Assembly: GCA_041739675.1 (NCBI GenBank)
Contig: JBGSNL010000027.1
Coordinates: 1-15,750, forward strand
Reading direction: 5' to 3'
Length of the DNA stretch: 15,750 bases
From: a bacterium
Lineage (GTDB): Bacteria > UBA10199 > 2-02-FULL-44-16 > DYJF01
Under the pieces are notes generated by a model. It had not been told where the DNA came from, did no database searches, and was given only the letters and a program-made list of their open reading frames with translations. This document shows positions 15,520 to 15,750 of this stretch, piece by piece (position 1 is the stretch's first letter; the number at the start of each line of letters is the position of its first letter). The position numbers and the translations under genes are program-made.

Positions 15520-15750
15520 ATGAAGATACAGGCCAAGGTGATCTGGCTTTTGGTAGTCATAGCTGCCGTGTTTGCGGCGTTTCTCGTTCTTTACGGACGC
15601 TCCGAAGTGAAATGGATGAACTCCCTTTTTGAAAACAGGGTGGCGGAGCAGAAGAGATTTTTCGACGAGTTGATCGAACTCAAAGGGGCTTCTCTCAAGG
15701 CTCACACGGTCGATTACACGTTCTGGGACGAGATGGTTTCGTTCGTAAAA
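15520..15750 (+). CDS. CHASE4-like sensor protein, paralog of the upstream kinase N-terminus, 3'-truncated by the window edge
   Basis: ATG at 15520 after AGGGG. Hand translation: MKIQAKVIWLLVVIAAVFAAFLVLYGRSEVKWMNSLFENRVAEQKRFFDELIELKGASLKAHTVDYTFWDEMVSFVK. It shares MKIQ, FDE..ELKGAS and DYTFWDEMV with 13377..15509. Confidence 0.88.
   Translation, partial: MKIQAKVIWLLVVIAAVFAAFLVLYGRSEVKWMNSLFENRVAEQKRFFDELIELKGASLKAHTVDYTFWDEMVSFVK

Overview
Bacterial chromosomal window, gene-dense and apparently ~50-55% GC. The valS-nadC synteny, an FHA-domain sigma54 activator and ExeA-like ATPases suggest a deltaproteobacterial-type lineage (inference only). The left part is housekeeping: 3' end of valS, nadC, a small hypothetical gene, a stand-alone malic enzyme and a divergent FHA-FHA-AAA+-Fis enhancer-binding protein. 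The right part is a co-oriented surface-polysaccharide/signalling cluster: ExeA-like ATPase, HD-GYP protein, a 49-aa membrane peptide, Wza-like exporter, Wzc-like tyrosine kinase, TIM-barrel isomerase-like protein, VanZ-like protein, a second ExeA-like ATPase, a CHASE4-PAS histidine kinase and the start of a CHASE4 paralog. Between them (~5350-6225) is the most unusual element, a lower-GC (~46% by hand count) mirror-symmetric cassette. It carries two diverged (~52% aa identity) four-helix-bundle (23S rRNA IVP/Avd-like) genes head to head around a perfect 23-bp inverted repeat. Patches of their 5' coding DNA are identical even at synonymous sites, and related GAT/ATC short repeats follow each stop codon. 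No reverse transcriptase, recombinase, rRNA, tRNA or CRISPR array was seen.
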